DNA from: Selaginella moellendorffii
Taxonomy: Eukaryota; Plantae; Lycopodiophyta
Length of the DNA: 64,000 bases
Reading direction: 5' to 3'
Assembly: GCF_000143415.4 (NCBI RefSeq)
Contig: NW_003314377.1
Location: forward strand, 186,001 to 250,000
Made by a program: the position numbers and the translations under genes
Notes under the pieces: model-generated
Databases searched by the model: none
What the model saw: the letters and a program-made list of their open reading frames with translations, nothing else
What the model was told of the DNA's origin: nothing
Shown: one piece after another, positions 12,301 to 24,465 of the stretch
Layout: each line of letters opens with the position of its first letter
How positions within the stretch are numbered: position 1 is the stretch's first letter

Positions 12301-12611
12301 AGACCAAGATTCCAGCAGAACGAGCACATCCCAGGCACCAAATACACACCAAAATGCTACGTACGTGTAGGAGCCTTTGTTGCCCGAATAGTATGAGAAG
12401 ATCCAGGCACATACGTAGACCTGCTCAGGCCGTCTTCCCCTGCCTGTAGACGTCTCCACCTGACCCTCCCTTGCTCATAGCGCTTCACACTGATAAAGAC
12501 AGCCGAGAACTCCTGGAGAACATCATTTACTGCCACTCTACCATCGTTAAGGTAAAACTCGCAACCTTCTGCCCCATCTATGTCTTCAATGAACTCTACA
12601 ATCTCCTCCAT
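9318..12611 (-). CDS. Crinkler/RHS (CR)-type protein: header + P-loop NTPase + PD-(D/E)xK nuclease + acidic tail. Exons 12611-12365, 12179-12147, 11844-10700, 10641-10396, 10338-9729, 9682-9548, 9493-9318 (863 aa)
   Basis: Six GT-AG introns with compatible phases give a 2592-nt open frame. Motifs: Walker A GFPGAGKT, Walker B SWFFDEVN, SGGNPRML, nuclease-like GNHGPDSF...LFIESK, and a C-terminal D/E/S tract. Confidence 0.8.
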
Positions 12612-12769
12612 ACTGTTAACCCTAGCCGGCTGTCCGGGTATATTCAGTCTGATCCTTCAGACATAGAAGTCTACTTGGTGCTTTTGGTGTTAATGATCGA
12701 TGAGAGGCGGTGCTGCTGGTCAGAGTAGCAGAATTGGTTGCAATGGGAGGATCCAATTGTGTGTGATCG

Positions 12770-14100
12770 TGCATCAATTGCCAATTCTGGGCATCTGGGA
12801 GATTCGAGGAGGATATTTGATGGCTAGCTGGAATGCGATGCTTTCGGTATATGCTCGGGCCGGATGTTTCCCAGATGCCACAGGAATTTTCGATGCCATG
12901 CAAGCAAAGAATCTAGTCTCGTGGACTGCCATGTGTGTGCGCATATTCCAAGCACGGGCATCTAGACGAGGCAAAGATTTTTCTTGGTGCTATGCCCGCG
13001 TGGAATGCTGTTTCCTTGATAGCGATAATCGTTGCATGTGGTTTAGCTCGGGGTAATCAGCTGTTTGAGATTACGGAAGCCAAAACTTTGGTGGCGTGGA
13101 ATAATACTCGCCGCAAATGCCCACTTTGCGATTTCTCTGGTGATCTTTCGTGCGATGCCGCAGTGGGATCTGGTTTCGTGGATCACGCTACTGGGTGGAA
13201 TTTCTAGCGATCTTGATGCTCTGCTCGAGATTTTCCACGCAATGCCCAAGCACGGCATCGCGCTGCTATCGGCTCACGCGACTAGAGGCGATGCCCAACT
13301 CGTGTTTGAGCGGATGCCGGAGAGAAATTTTGATCTCCTGGATCGCGATGCTCAATGCATGGATCTTGTGCGGCGACCTGGAACTCGCGAGAGAGCTCTT
13401 CGATCCCATGCCGGTGAGGAACCTGTTTCTCGAACCGCGATGATCGATGCGTATTCACAGCGAGGCGATCCGTGCCAGGCCAGGAGCCTCTTCGCCCAGA
13501 TGGCGGAGCAGAGCCTGGCCTCCTGGAACGCGATTCTTTCCAGCATCGCGCGCTTTGGAGATCTGGAAGAAGCCCGAGAGATCTTCGAGAGGATGCCGCA
13601 GTGGAATTCTTTGTCCTGGAACGCAATGCCGGCCGCCTACACCCTGTCCGGAAAGAATCTGGAAGAAGCCCAGGCGCTGTTCGCCAAGATCCCCCGCAAC
13701 CAGCTCTCTTGGAACCTGATGCTCACAGCCGCTGAATCATCGCTGGAGCTCTTCGCATTGATGCCGGAGCGCGACGTCGTATCCTGGACTGCACAGCATT
13801 TGCCCGCGCTCACGGACAAGCACTGTCCAGTGGGATTCCCGGGGTTGATGAACACTAGAGCTCGGGGCTGCAGAGCTCCCGCGCGGAGAAGCTCTGAATC
13901 CCATCGCCTGGGCCACGCTCCTGGCGCCCTGATCCATTCCCCGCGACCATGGTCGCGACCACGGCGTGACGCCCACTACGGCTGCATGGGACGTTTGTGG
14001 ATGATGGGGTTTGTAGATGGAATGATACGGAGGGCGATAGGTGTGGTACGGAGGTGGCCGGGGTGGATCCAGATGCCGCTGCGCTAACGTATCGATCTCG
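12770..14100 (+). pseudogene. PPR pseudogene (decayed copy of 2350-3950)
   Basis: Colinear with the intact PPR (YSQRGDPCQARSLFAQM, LSGKNLEEA) but broken across several frames. Confidence 0.92.
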
Positions 14101-14194
14101 CGAGTTGGAATTGGAACGCGTGACAAGATTTTTGCTCAATAAGGACTAGAATTTATTTATAATCGTTTATAAAGTGATTGAATAACACCATCGC

Positions 14195-14761
14195 TCACGG
14201 GCAGAACGTAATGGTGAAAGTTCCTCCGGTTCCAGTGGCAAAAGTCTTGGTGTTGTCACCAGACCAGCTATAAGCATCCGGGCATGAGGCACGGACGTTC
14301 TGTGCATACTGGGAGTTTGGATCGTCGCGGTTGGGACTGGTACAAACATTCCCATTCGTGTTCTCGGGAGGACAAGTCGAAGCCTCCGCTCGGCAAGTCA
14401 GTCCCCTGCCAGATCCAGTGATGCTCATCCCAGTGCCGATGAAGAAGCCATCCACGGCGCTGATGTCGTAGAAGTCATTGTTGCTGTTGCTGTTGATAGA
14501 GAACTCGGCCAGGAGGCCAGGAGTTCCAGTGCCGATGTTTCCCCCCCAGAGATCCGGAGGACTCAGTGCGCGAGATTGTCCGGGGGCGAGAGTGAATCCG
14601 GAGGTTCCGATCGAGGGGCCGGGGTTCTCGCGGACGACAATGTTCTGCGAGCCTCCGCAGCTATTGACAACGTTGAAGGAAGTGGCTGCTGCGAGTGGGA
14701 TTGCTGCAAAACAATGGCCTAGAGCAACAAGAGCAACTAGGATGGCAGTAGAGCTTGCCAT
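14195..14761 (-). CDS. Small secreted thaumatin-like protein, copy 2
   Basis: Differs from copy 1 at only 3 residues (S>G, E>Q, S>A). ATG at 14761. Flanks are shared (6183-7290 vs 13974-15090). Confidence 0.93.
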   Translation of the reverse strand: MASSTAILVALVALGHCFAAIPLAAATSFNVVNSCGGSQNIVVRENPGPSIGTSGFTLAPGQSRALSPPDLWGGNIGTGTPGLLAEFSINSNSNNDFYDISAVDGFFIGTGMSITGSGRGLTCRAEASTCPPENTNGNVCTSPNRDDPNSQYAQNVRASCPDAYSWSGDNTKTFATGTGGTFTITFCP

Positions 14762-15129
14762 TGGAACTGTGTATGCTGTAATATATTTCTGTGAGTTTCT
14801 TTGAGGATTTATATAGTCTAGAGATATTAGTGAAGGTGAAAGAGTTTGTCGACCACACGCAAAGAAATACCACCCGTGAATAGCGAGAGTTTGGCCAAGC
14901 AAAAAAAATCTTTTCTTTACGTCACTAGACTCTGAAAGTCATGTTCATGGCTTAAGTTTTGCATCATATAATTACGGACAAATGAGAATATCCGTGCTTT
15001 GAATATTGAGTCAAGAATCTGCTGCCAAACTTTGTGAACTAATGCCAGCTCAATAACTCCTAGTCTCACATTTGGGATTTTTTTCTATGGCTAACTAATA
15101 ACTAACCCTTTTAAGTATTAGTTAGCACA

Positions 15130-15330
15130 GTTTATTAGCCATATAAATTCTTCAATTATTTTTTTAGCATGGCCAAAATAGAAGGGAATAACCCATCGGT
15201 TAGAATAATAATCTATAAAATAAAAATTTATAATAACATCAATTACATTGAAAAATAATAAAAAATTAACATTATTTTATAATCTTTCTTACATCAAAAA
15301 ATGAAAATTATTATAACACAAAAAAAGAGT
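15130..15330. repeat. AT-rich dispersed repeat; inverted partner at about 44510-44680
   Basis: TTTAGCATGGCCAAAATA..GAATAAC and CTTACATCAAA.AATGAAAAT are present as the reverse complement at 44.5-44.7 kb. Confidence 0.7.
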
Positions 15331-15536
15331 ATTATAGTTGTCAAAGTGGTTAATGTTTTAAACAAAAATTTGATTGTGTTTTGAATTTTCACAAATTTTG
15401 CAAAACAATGAATGTACATATTCCTGCAGAGAGAAAAAAGAAAGAAAAACAATCAATCTTACCGCAAGTTCTTGCGTTTGCATTGCCAGTTTTTATGTAT
15501 ATAGAGGCTCGGTCGATCGATCCTGTATGAACAAAC

Positions 15537-18183
15537 TCACATTGACAGCATCTCCATCATCTGGACAACGGCAGCCATGGACGGCCTCCTGCTCGGATCC
15601 TGCGCAGTGCACAGCAGCCCGATCCTGAAAACCTGCATGATCTCGGCCTCTGGAAACGAGCTCATCTCATGGTCCAGGCACTGCAAGCCCCGCCCCTGCT
15701 CGAACGCCGCCTTGGCATACTCGCACAGCACCACCGCGTCCGTCTCCAAGTTTTGCACGGGCCTCCTCCCGGTGACCAGCTCCAGCAGCACCACCCCAAA
15801 GCTGTAGACGTCGCATTTGTCCGTCAGCCTCAGGTTCTGGACTGCCATCTCCGGCGCAACGTATCCCACCGCCAGCTCCAGCTTCCGGTCGGTCATGTAC
15901 GTGTCCAGCTTCGGCAAAAGCCTCCGCAGGCCATAGTCCGAGATGTGAGGCTCAAACTCGTCGTCCAGAAGGATGTTGGTCGACTTCAAGTTGAAGAGGA
16001 GGACCTGTGGCCTGCAGTCGTGGTGAAGGTAAGCCAGCCCCCTCGCGGCGCCCAAGGCGATCTTGAACCGTCTCCACCAAGGCAATGGTAGCTGGCCTTC
16101 CATGCGCTGGTGTAAGTGATGGAAGAGACTGTCGTTGGGGAGGTACTCGGTTAGCAGCAGCTTTGTTGGAGGAGACCAGTAGTATCCTTCCAGCGTCACC
16201 ACGTTCCTGTGCTTTACGTTCTTGAGGATCGCTATTTCCCGCTCGAAGGCCTCCTGGCTGGTTATCTGGCCGAGACTAGAGAGCTTCTTCACAGCGAGTG
16301 CCACTCCGCCATCCACCACGGCCTTGTAAACAGTCCCCAGTGGTCCATACCCGATCACACAGTCCTTGTCTACAAGAGCTTTGGTTCCTTCCTGCCAGTT
16401 CTCGTACTTGGACGGGATGTTCGGGTTGAAGAGGACGAGCTTGCCGATCACACCTGTGCTCGAGTCTGGAGAAGGCGGAGTGCTTTCGTAGACGAGCACT
16501 TCAGCGGGAGTCTTCTTTGGCCTCGTCAAAACCTTGATGTTCAAGATGACGACGATAAAAACACCCAAGGCAACGAGGATTGCGGCGACGATGGCTGCTA
16601 TGGTGTAAGGTGTCAAGACGTGTGTTTTCCCACCACCTTCGAGCGTCGGCGATAATGCTGGTCCTGGCCAAACCATAGGAGTGCACCTCAGTGACAGCGG
16701 CGGACCACACAGAAACGTATTGCCAATGTAAGAACTCCTGTCAAAACGCTGTAACACGCCCCGCCTGGGTATGAATCCAGTTAAGTTGTTGTAGGAGACG
16801 TTGAAGAGCACCAGATGCGACAAGTCACCCAGTTGGATAGGAATACTTCCGGTAATGTTGTTGAAAGAGAGATCCAGCCGCTCTAAGTGAGTTAGCCTTC
16901 CAACCTCGGCGGGAATAGAGCCCTGTAGCATGTTATGGCCAAGAAGGAGTGTCTTCAAGAATGTCAAGTTGTTGAGACTTCGCGGAATGGTACCACTAAG
17001 ATCGTTGCTGGAAAGTTTGCTGGAACAAAGAACCATGGTTTAGAAAAAAACACATGAAGGAAGACGTTGAGCTACGTACAGTTCAATTAAGAACCTCGCC
17101 TGCGTTAGAGCTTGTGGAATACTGCCGTGCATGGCATTGCTGCTAAGATCCAGGCTGACCAAGAATGCGAGCTTCCCAATGGCATCGGGAATCGGAGACG
17201 AAAACCTGTTGTGTGATAAGTTGATGAGCGATAATTCCTGACACTCTCCGAAGTTGGAAGGAATAGGACCTTCGAAGCTATTGTAAGACAAGTCCAGGAC
17301 CTGCGTTCGAGAAAAGAAATTAAAAAGAGTAGAAGACGACATTGGCACCAGCAAATGGGACCTTCATTACCTCGAGTGATCGACACCCATCATCACCTTG
17401 CCTGTCCGGGAGCCCACCGCTGAAAGCATTCTTCGAGCCATTGAGGATATCGAGAGAAGGAAGATAAAGAACCTCTGATGGAAAATCCCCCGAGAGCGAG
17501 TTCTCTTGGATAAGCAACAAAAGCAGCTCGTCCAAGAAAGCGATCTCCGCCGGCACGCTCCCAGTGAGCCGGTTGGAACTAAAATCCACAAACTTCAAGG
17601 ATCCGCAAGAGCCCAGAGCCACTGGCAGGCTCCCAGCAAGCGCATTGCCTGACAGGCTCACGAACCTCAGCTTGGAGCAATTCCCGAACAGCTGCGGCGG
17701 GATCGCGCCCGTGAGGAGATTGGAGGAGAGATCGAGCATCCGGAGCCCCGGAATCTTGCCGATGGAGGCCGGGATGGTGCCGGCGAGCTCGTTGCTGCTG
17801 AGATTTAGCTTCCAGAGGCTCGAAATATGCGAGAGCTGCGAGGGAATGCTGCCTTTGAGGAGATTGTTGGAGAGGGAGAGCGTCCGCAGGAAAGGGAGGC
17901 CGCTGAGCGCCGGCGAGATGGTACCTGCGAGGCCGGCGCCATGGATCAGCAGCTTCTTGACGCGATTGTCATCGTCGCAGAAGACCCCAGTCCAGCCGCA
18001 TGGATCCTCATCCGCCGCATTCCAGCTCGTGAAAATTCCAGTGGGATCCTGCGTAATCTGCATTCGAAAGGCCATGAGAGCGATCCCTTCCTCGTTGAGA
18101 GCTCGCGCCTGGAAGGCCGCGACGAGCACGACCAGGAACTCGATCGCAAGAATCCGACATTGCTGCCCGATCGACATTCTCAC
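15537..18183 (-). CDS. LRR receptor-like kinase (LRR-VII-like pseudokinase); exons 18183-17371, 17300-17080, 17019-15537
   Basis: Signal peptide, LRRNT ([17 protein letters not shown]), LxLSxNxLxGxIP repeats and a TM helix. The kinase has LLFNLKSTN in place of HRD and DYG in place of DFG. Confidence 0.93.
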
Positions 18184-18392
18184 GAGACCCGGCCCACCGA
18201 TTCATCTATCGCCGGGCGCCTCGAGCCGGCAATCCTAGAAACCCTACCCAAAACCCTACGCGCGGCCCCCAGCTCTCTCCTCCCGTGTGGTGCGTCCCAC
18301 GCCATGGCTACAAAGCTCCAGAACACCAAGTCCGTAATGGCCATGGCCCAAAGTACAAAACACCACATATTTTACACGGTGGGAATATAATG

Positions 18393-18549
18393 ACGTGGCA
18401 GCATGCTGTATGATGTGGCAGAGTGGTGCATTACGTGGCACGTGGGACATTACTTTTTTCCCGTGTGAAAACTTGCGCGCCGGGGCTATGACATGGCCAG
18501 CTAGGCAGGGAGGAGGACCGTTGGCAGTTGCTGTTGGAATTTACGTGGC
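18393..18549. promoter_or_regulatory. Cluster of ABRE/G-box motifs upstream of the LRR-RLK
   Basis: ACGTGGC at 18393, 18433 and 18543, and CACGTG at 18439, 210-370 bp upstream of the ATG. Confidence 0.5.
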
Positions 18550-18820
18550 AGGTATGGGTGTCCATTTATTCGATCGCCCATCAATCAATGACTCTCGGCA
18601 CATATATTACATCGTATCACCTTTGCTTGATTAAATCTCAGCCTTGACAACGAAAGATACCTCGTCCCAAAGGTTGTAGAAAGTAAACGATTGCATATAT
18701 ATGAACCACTTTACACTATCATAAAAATCGTACTTTGAATGTACAAACAAACCACCGTGGTGGAACTTGTGGTCGCGATTCCATCGCGATTTTTTGCTTC
18801 TCCATCCTCTTCATCTTCTT

Positions 18821-20461
18821 TCACTGCTGCTGGAGGCGGCTGGCGATGGCGGACCTGTTACCACGATCCACAACGCAGGAGCAATGGACGGAGGTGAGAT
18901 TGGTGCATCCACTTACGTTGAGCGAGTGCCTCTCGGGGCAAGTGTGGAGCGCCGGGAAGGCGTCGCACACCGCCTGGACGGCCTGGCCGGACAAGGCTGT
19001 GCAGCCGCTCAGGTTGAGCGAAACCAGACCATAGCCATCCTGGTCGCTGAGAATGCACTGCACGTAGCTCTTGGTGGACGTCGTGGTGCTGCTGTCGTTG
19101 CTGCTCTGGAAGCTGCTGTTGCTGGAGCTTCCGCTTGTGCTGCAGCTCCCAGTGCTGCTCCTCGTCACGGTGCTTCGAGCGGTAGCGCTACTCCCGGATG
19201 GCGAGAGTTTCTTTTTGCCGCTGCTGCCTTGGGCCCGGTACTTTCGGCTGTTCACCAGCGAGTACATGGACAGATCGGTGATGTTCCTGCAGCAGTGCAG
19301 CCCGAGATATCTCAAGCGGTGGCACTTCTCGGCCAGTGCAATCACGCTCACGTCTGGAAAAGCAAAAGCAGAAAAAGATAAGAACCGAAACAGAGAAACG
19401 ACACGCGGGGTTAAGCCGTGTCAGGCAGTCACCTGAGATAAGATGGCAACCACAGAGGTCGACTCCTCGCAAGTCGGGACACCAAATAGCCATTGCCGAT
19501 ATTCCTTCGTCAGTGATTCTGTCGCACCAGCCGGCATTTAAGATCTGGAGCCCGACGCAGTTCTGCGCGAGAGCCTGCAGGAAGAACCGGAAGAAGTTAA
19601 GAAAAGGAAGCAAAAACAAGCTTTTGGTCGACTTACCTTCAAAGCGTTGTCCGACCCCGCATTGTCGCATCCGCACAGGTTCAGGTGCTTGAGCTGTCGG
19701 CAGCTCTCGGCTAACTGGACGAGCCCAGCCTCAGTAATCCCAATGCAGCCACTCAGGTCGAGCTTCTGGAGCAGCTTGCAACCGTTTGCCAAAGCCACCA
19801 GGGACAAGTCCGTCAGCCTGGTGCCGCTGGACCTCCCGTTTGACAAGTCCAAGCTCGACAGATCGTGGCAGTGCCGCGCGATCGCTTGCACGGCCTGGTC
19901 GTTAAGTAGTGTGCATCTTCGCAAGTTGCAGCTCTGCAAGCGGTAGAACTTGTAGGCCACGGATTGTACAAGCATGCTCACACTCTTCCCACACCTGTGG
20001 ATAAAGAACACGAAAATAAAAAACAAAGTGAGAACCCCAAGGATTTGCATACGTTAACACTACGCAAGAGTTGAAGAAAAAAATGCAAAAAAGAGAAAGC
20101 GAGCTTACCAAGAGAATGAAAGCTCCAGGATGCCAAGAGACAAGGCATCTCGCCAGCCAGTGCACACGCCAGAGGCCACCAAAACCGTGCGGTGGTCGAC
20201 CAGCGCTAGTATCCGCACCAGGAGCTCCATGGGGATGTCTTGCCACTTGGAGTCGCCGACGAGCTCGTGAGCCTCGAAGACGGCGCTGTGCTTTAGGACC
20301 AGCTTCTTCCACTTGTCCCTCATAAACTGCGGTGGCGATTCCATCTCCTCGTCCTCGGTGTCGCGGAAGAACTGCGACAGGCCTCCAGAGGCGGGGTAGA
20401 GTCGGGACTTTTGCTTCTCGTTCATCTCGGCGGTGGTGGTGTGCTGAGCGTCCATATCCAT
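18821..20461 (-). CDS. SKP2: F-box/LRR protein, SKP2A/B-like (4 coding exons)
   Basis: F-box WQDIPMELLVRIL...VASGVCTGWRDA, Cys-containing LRRs, and C-terminal FPALHTCPERHSLNVSGCTNLTSVHC. Confidence 0.9.
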
Positions 20462-21418
20462 ATCACCTGCAAAGAGGAAACAAGAGAAATTAATCGCGAG
20501 GATCCATCACAAGAAGAAGAGGCCCTTTACAAATAGAAAGAAAAAAGAAAAAAAAACGAACAAAGAGACCACGAGCTAAGTTTCGTCAAGAGCGAGAAGA
20601 CAGTCACGCAAACAGCTGCGTAGCTGCCGCTGACAACATATTTTGTGTTGGCATTTTGAAAAATAAAATCCAGTCATACGTAACTTACAAAGATGCCAGA
20701 AAATAAAATTAAAGAGTAAAAAGAAAAAAAAGGAAAAAGACCAAGGCAACAGGAAAAAGCGGAAGCGAGGAAATCATCACAGAGAAAGCAAACAATCAAA
20801 AGCCCTCAATCGATGAAAACCTAATGGATGAAACACACATACCTCGCGAATTCGATGACGCAAAACCCGCGCGTCTCATTCCATACCCTTGACCGATCGA
20901 TCAATCGATCGCGCAAAGAATGCCGTCGAAACAGTGATACCTGGGCGAGCGCTTCCGAATCGATCCAAGACCCTTCTTTCCCTTTTCCTTTTTTTCCTTT
21001 CCTGCGCGAAGCAGTGGCCGAGAGGATCTAAAAACAAAAACAAACAAAATGGTCTCCCAGCAAAAAATTGCCAGCCGCAGATCCAAAGCATCAGAATCTA
21101 GTCACGCCAGCACGTGGCCCTCGCACAGCCGTTGGATCCAGCATCGTTGTCGTCTGACGCATTACTTTGTTTCACGCTATCGCGTCGATCGAGGCGAGCA
21201 TTGTTTCCCTTCGGCCCTGGAAAAGCTCTTGGTCCAGCTCCACAAGGAAAAGAAAAATGGAAAAACGAAAGAATTCTTGCTCCTTACCACGAAGAACTGA
21301 CGAGATTTACACAAGAGCTTGGGTATCGATCTCTATCCAAGCTCTGTATCAGCTTCTGCAAACCAAAAGCCTGGCCACTGTTACTACAAACGAGAGCTTC
21401 CTTGTCAAATCCACTTAC

Positions 21419-24303
21419 TTACACAGCGGGCTCCTTGAGCTGGAAAACTCTCGCAAGTTCTCGGGCCTTCTCGTGCTGGTTTAGAGAGAGTAGCATCTTC
21501 CGGACGGCCTGAGCGAGGGCCGCCACATCGCGCTTCTTCAGCTTCTCCAGCGTCCGTCCCAGGCTAATTACGTGCTGGATAAACGCACCAAGCTCAGGAC
21601 TGCGTCAAGAAAAAGAAGATAGATAGGCATAAAGTTAGCTACACGGAAAAAGTGGAAGAAGAAAAGGTAATAGTATACATACCACATGTCTTTAACGCCA
21701 CTGCTGATCCACGTACCGTGTAGAGCCACAAGCACCGTCTCGGTTCTCGCGACAGCGTCTTCAGGCGCAAGCACGCGGAGGTGTGGAAGAATTCTTCCGT
21801 TCAAGAGCTCCTCTAGTCCCAGCTGGTTCAGCTTAGACAGGGACAAAACATTCTTCCAAAGTCCGATGTTCCGTAGCAGTTTGATAGAAAGCCTGAACCG
21901 ATACTCCGCAATCTCGGCAGCCTGTTCCACGGCCGTTGTAAGTTGAGCACTCCAAGTAGGAACCTGAATGTTTTTCGAGGTCACGGTTAGATCGTCCACA
22001 GTACGAAAACCAATTATTACCTCCACTTCGGAGACAGCTGCTGCAATCCTGCTTCGGACTAGTGCGACCAAATCAATGAAAGCGTCGCTGGTTGCTGGCA
22101 CGTACACCGAAATCTCCTGGACGGCAGCAACGGCGTTTCTTGTTTGAGTCGTACTCAATCGGTCCCAGCAGTGTCCAATGTAATGATGCAATAATGGGAG
22201 CGCCACCCTCTCTACCAAACTTGGCACCAAGTCGGAGTCATCGTACTCGCAAAGGAGAGAATGCCTGGAACCAAAGAAAATCGTTTCAGCGACCAGAACA
22301 CCACACAAAAATTACCTTACCATTTCATACTCTCAAATCCTGCACTGTCACGAAGAGGATCCCATTTGAGAAGCTCCAGTCGAACAAACGGTGCAAATAT
22401 GGCAGGAGCACTGAGCGAGACATAAGCATCCGTGTAGGCCGCTGGATACTCTCGATGCCACTCTGTCAGCCTGTTCTTTACCATCTCGAGTTGGGAGTAT
22501 TCTTCAGACGCGTCGCTGAAAATTCTCTCCGCAGTCTCCAAAGTTTCATCCCGACCAGAACCGAAAGCCATTTCGTTGTCGCTCTCGTCACTGGAACACT
22601 CCTCTGAGGAGGTCTTGGCAAGAACCCGAGATATCCGGCGCTTCCTTGCACTGGCTCTCGACTTCATTTCCATGCGCTTTTGGAGGCTCGTGTCCCTTCC
22701 AAACTCGTCCAGTTCCGGAGCAATGTCATTTAAAGCTGCAGCCGCAGCGGCCTGCGTAGCAGAGGAGGCATGAGCCGACGCTGTCTGTATGCTGCCACCT
22801 CGGGTCAAGACAGCCATAGCCGCTTCAATAGCCGAGTCAAGTTGCACTTTCTCATCAGCACCATCCAGTATCCGTCGTTGAAATACTGCATCCGCACGTT
22901 CCTCATGAAGCTTTTGCATGTGCTCCTCAAGTTCTTCAATCAACGGACTCTTGGCCTGAGAAGCAGCGTAAATACATGCACGACAAAAGAAAAACAGTAC
23001 ATACCTGTAAAAACGCGCATAGTGTTGACACAAAGTCTCTCAGTTGTTGCATGTAGATGTACTTCTTCCCAGCCGACGAGAACTTTTCTTCTAGCATCGT
23101 GATACTAGCAGCAGAAGAAGTTAAGTTCTGTTCCACCGAGTAAAGATCGGACTGCGTCTTTGCGTGAGATTCCTGTAGCCGCTTTAAGCCTTGCTGCAAG
23201 GCGAGCATGGCTGACTCTGCCTGCTGATCCAATGTAAACGTCGGATGCGCTACAAGCGGCCTGCTTGGAACCTGACCATAAGCACCACCGGGCAAGAGTG
23301 GAACACCTCTGCTGGAAGGATCCTCAACTCTCTTCCCAACCCCTTTCTTCAGCTGCTCTTCCTCCCACATCTTCTCCTCGTCTTCTTCTTCGACGTTCTC
23401 GACGAAATCAAACACGCCAGCTTTCTTTCCATTGTCCTTGTGGCCAATAAAAGTGAGCCTCCCTCGAACTTCCTCGGCCTCGTCGTCGCTAGAAACAGGC
23501 TCGTCTTTCTTCGACACCACCTCCGGAGCGTCACGAATCCTCGACCGAAAGTCGGCATCGCTGGACGATCCAACAGGGATATAATCCGGAGCACTGTGAG
23601 CAATCCTCTTCCGTTCCCGCTGTGCCTTGGCCGCGGCGATGGCAGCAGCGTCAGGAATCAGCCCGTTAACACCACCGAAAGCAGCTTCCATCACGGCATC
23701 CACACCATCCTCTGGCGGAACCACCGGCAACTCGTTGCTGCTACTCACAAGTACGCTACTCTCACCATCTTCGTGAAGGACAGGCTTCAAAACTCCCTTG
23801 AGGATCACGAGAGGCTCGGCCGGAGGAGGCTTCGATTCCACAGGCAAAACCGGCTTGGCACCACCCAGCCGGATCGTGTTCTTCTGGAGCTCCTGGAGCC
23901 TCTCGGGAGTGTACTCCCCAGCTTGAGGCAAAACATTGGACACGGCTTGAGCTTTATCCTTGCCCGCCCCCATTGCGTGCCCCGAGCCATGGCTAGGCCC
24001 ATACCCTGATCTCTTGCGGCCCCGAGATGAATTTCCATCCTCCCCATCGAAGCTCAGCAATGTAGAGGAGGAAGCGGGCTTCCTGGGAGGCTTACCTCTC
24101 ACAGCATTCCTCTTCCCTGCCGTGGCCGCGATGCCGGGCGATGGATCATCGGCCTCCTCCGCCGCCTCCTCCGCAAAGCTCAGCAGCTGCTTCCTCCCAG
24201 GCTTGGACGCCGGAATCTTCTCCTTGAGGAGCTTCTGGTCGACCGGATCATCGTCGCCTGCTTCGCCATCGCCACGCTTCCGGAAATTCTTATTCTTGCT
24301 CAT
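21419..24303 (-). CDS. ILP1: GCFC-domain protein ILP1/PAXBP1/NTR2-like (multi-exon)
   Basis: KNFRKR, LLSFAEE, SNVLPQAGEYTPERLQELQKNT, WEEEQLKKG, DEFGRD, FAPFVRLELLKWDPL; ends FQLKEPAV*. Confidence 0.9.
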
Positions 24304-24465
24304 CCTCCCTAAACCCTAACCCTATTTGAGTATATCAAAGCATATTCCTAATATCAAAGCTGAGAATCAGTCAAGCATATTCTAATATCAAAGGTTTAGC
24401 ATATCGAATTTATTCTTTATCAAATGTCTGCCAAAAATCTGTCAAAACTTTGCCTCGAATGGTTC

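Noticed and set aside
14762-14902. N-terminal extension of TLP copy 2 (235-aa ORF)
   Set aside because: Non-ATG start, runs through the TATA region, and is not open in copy 1.
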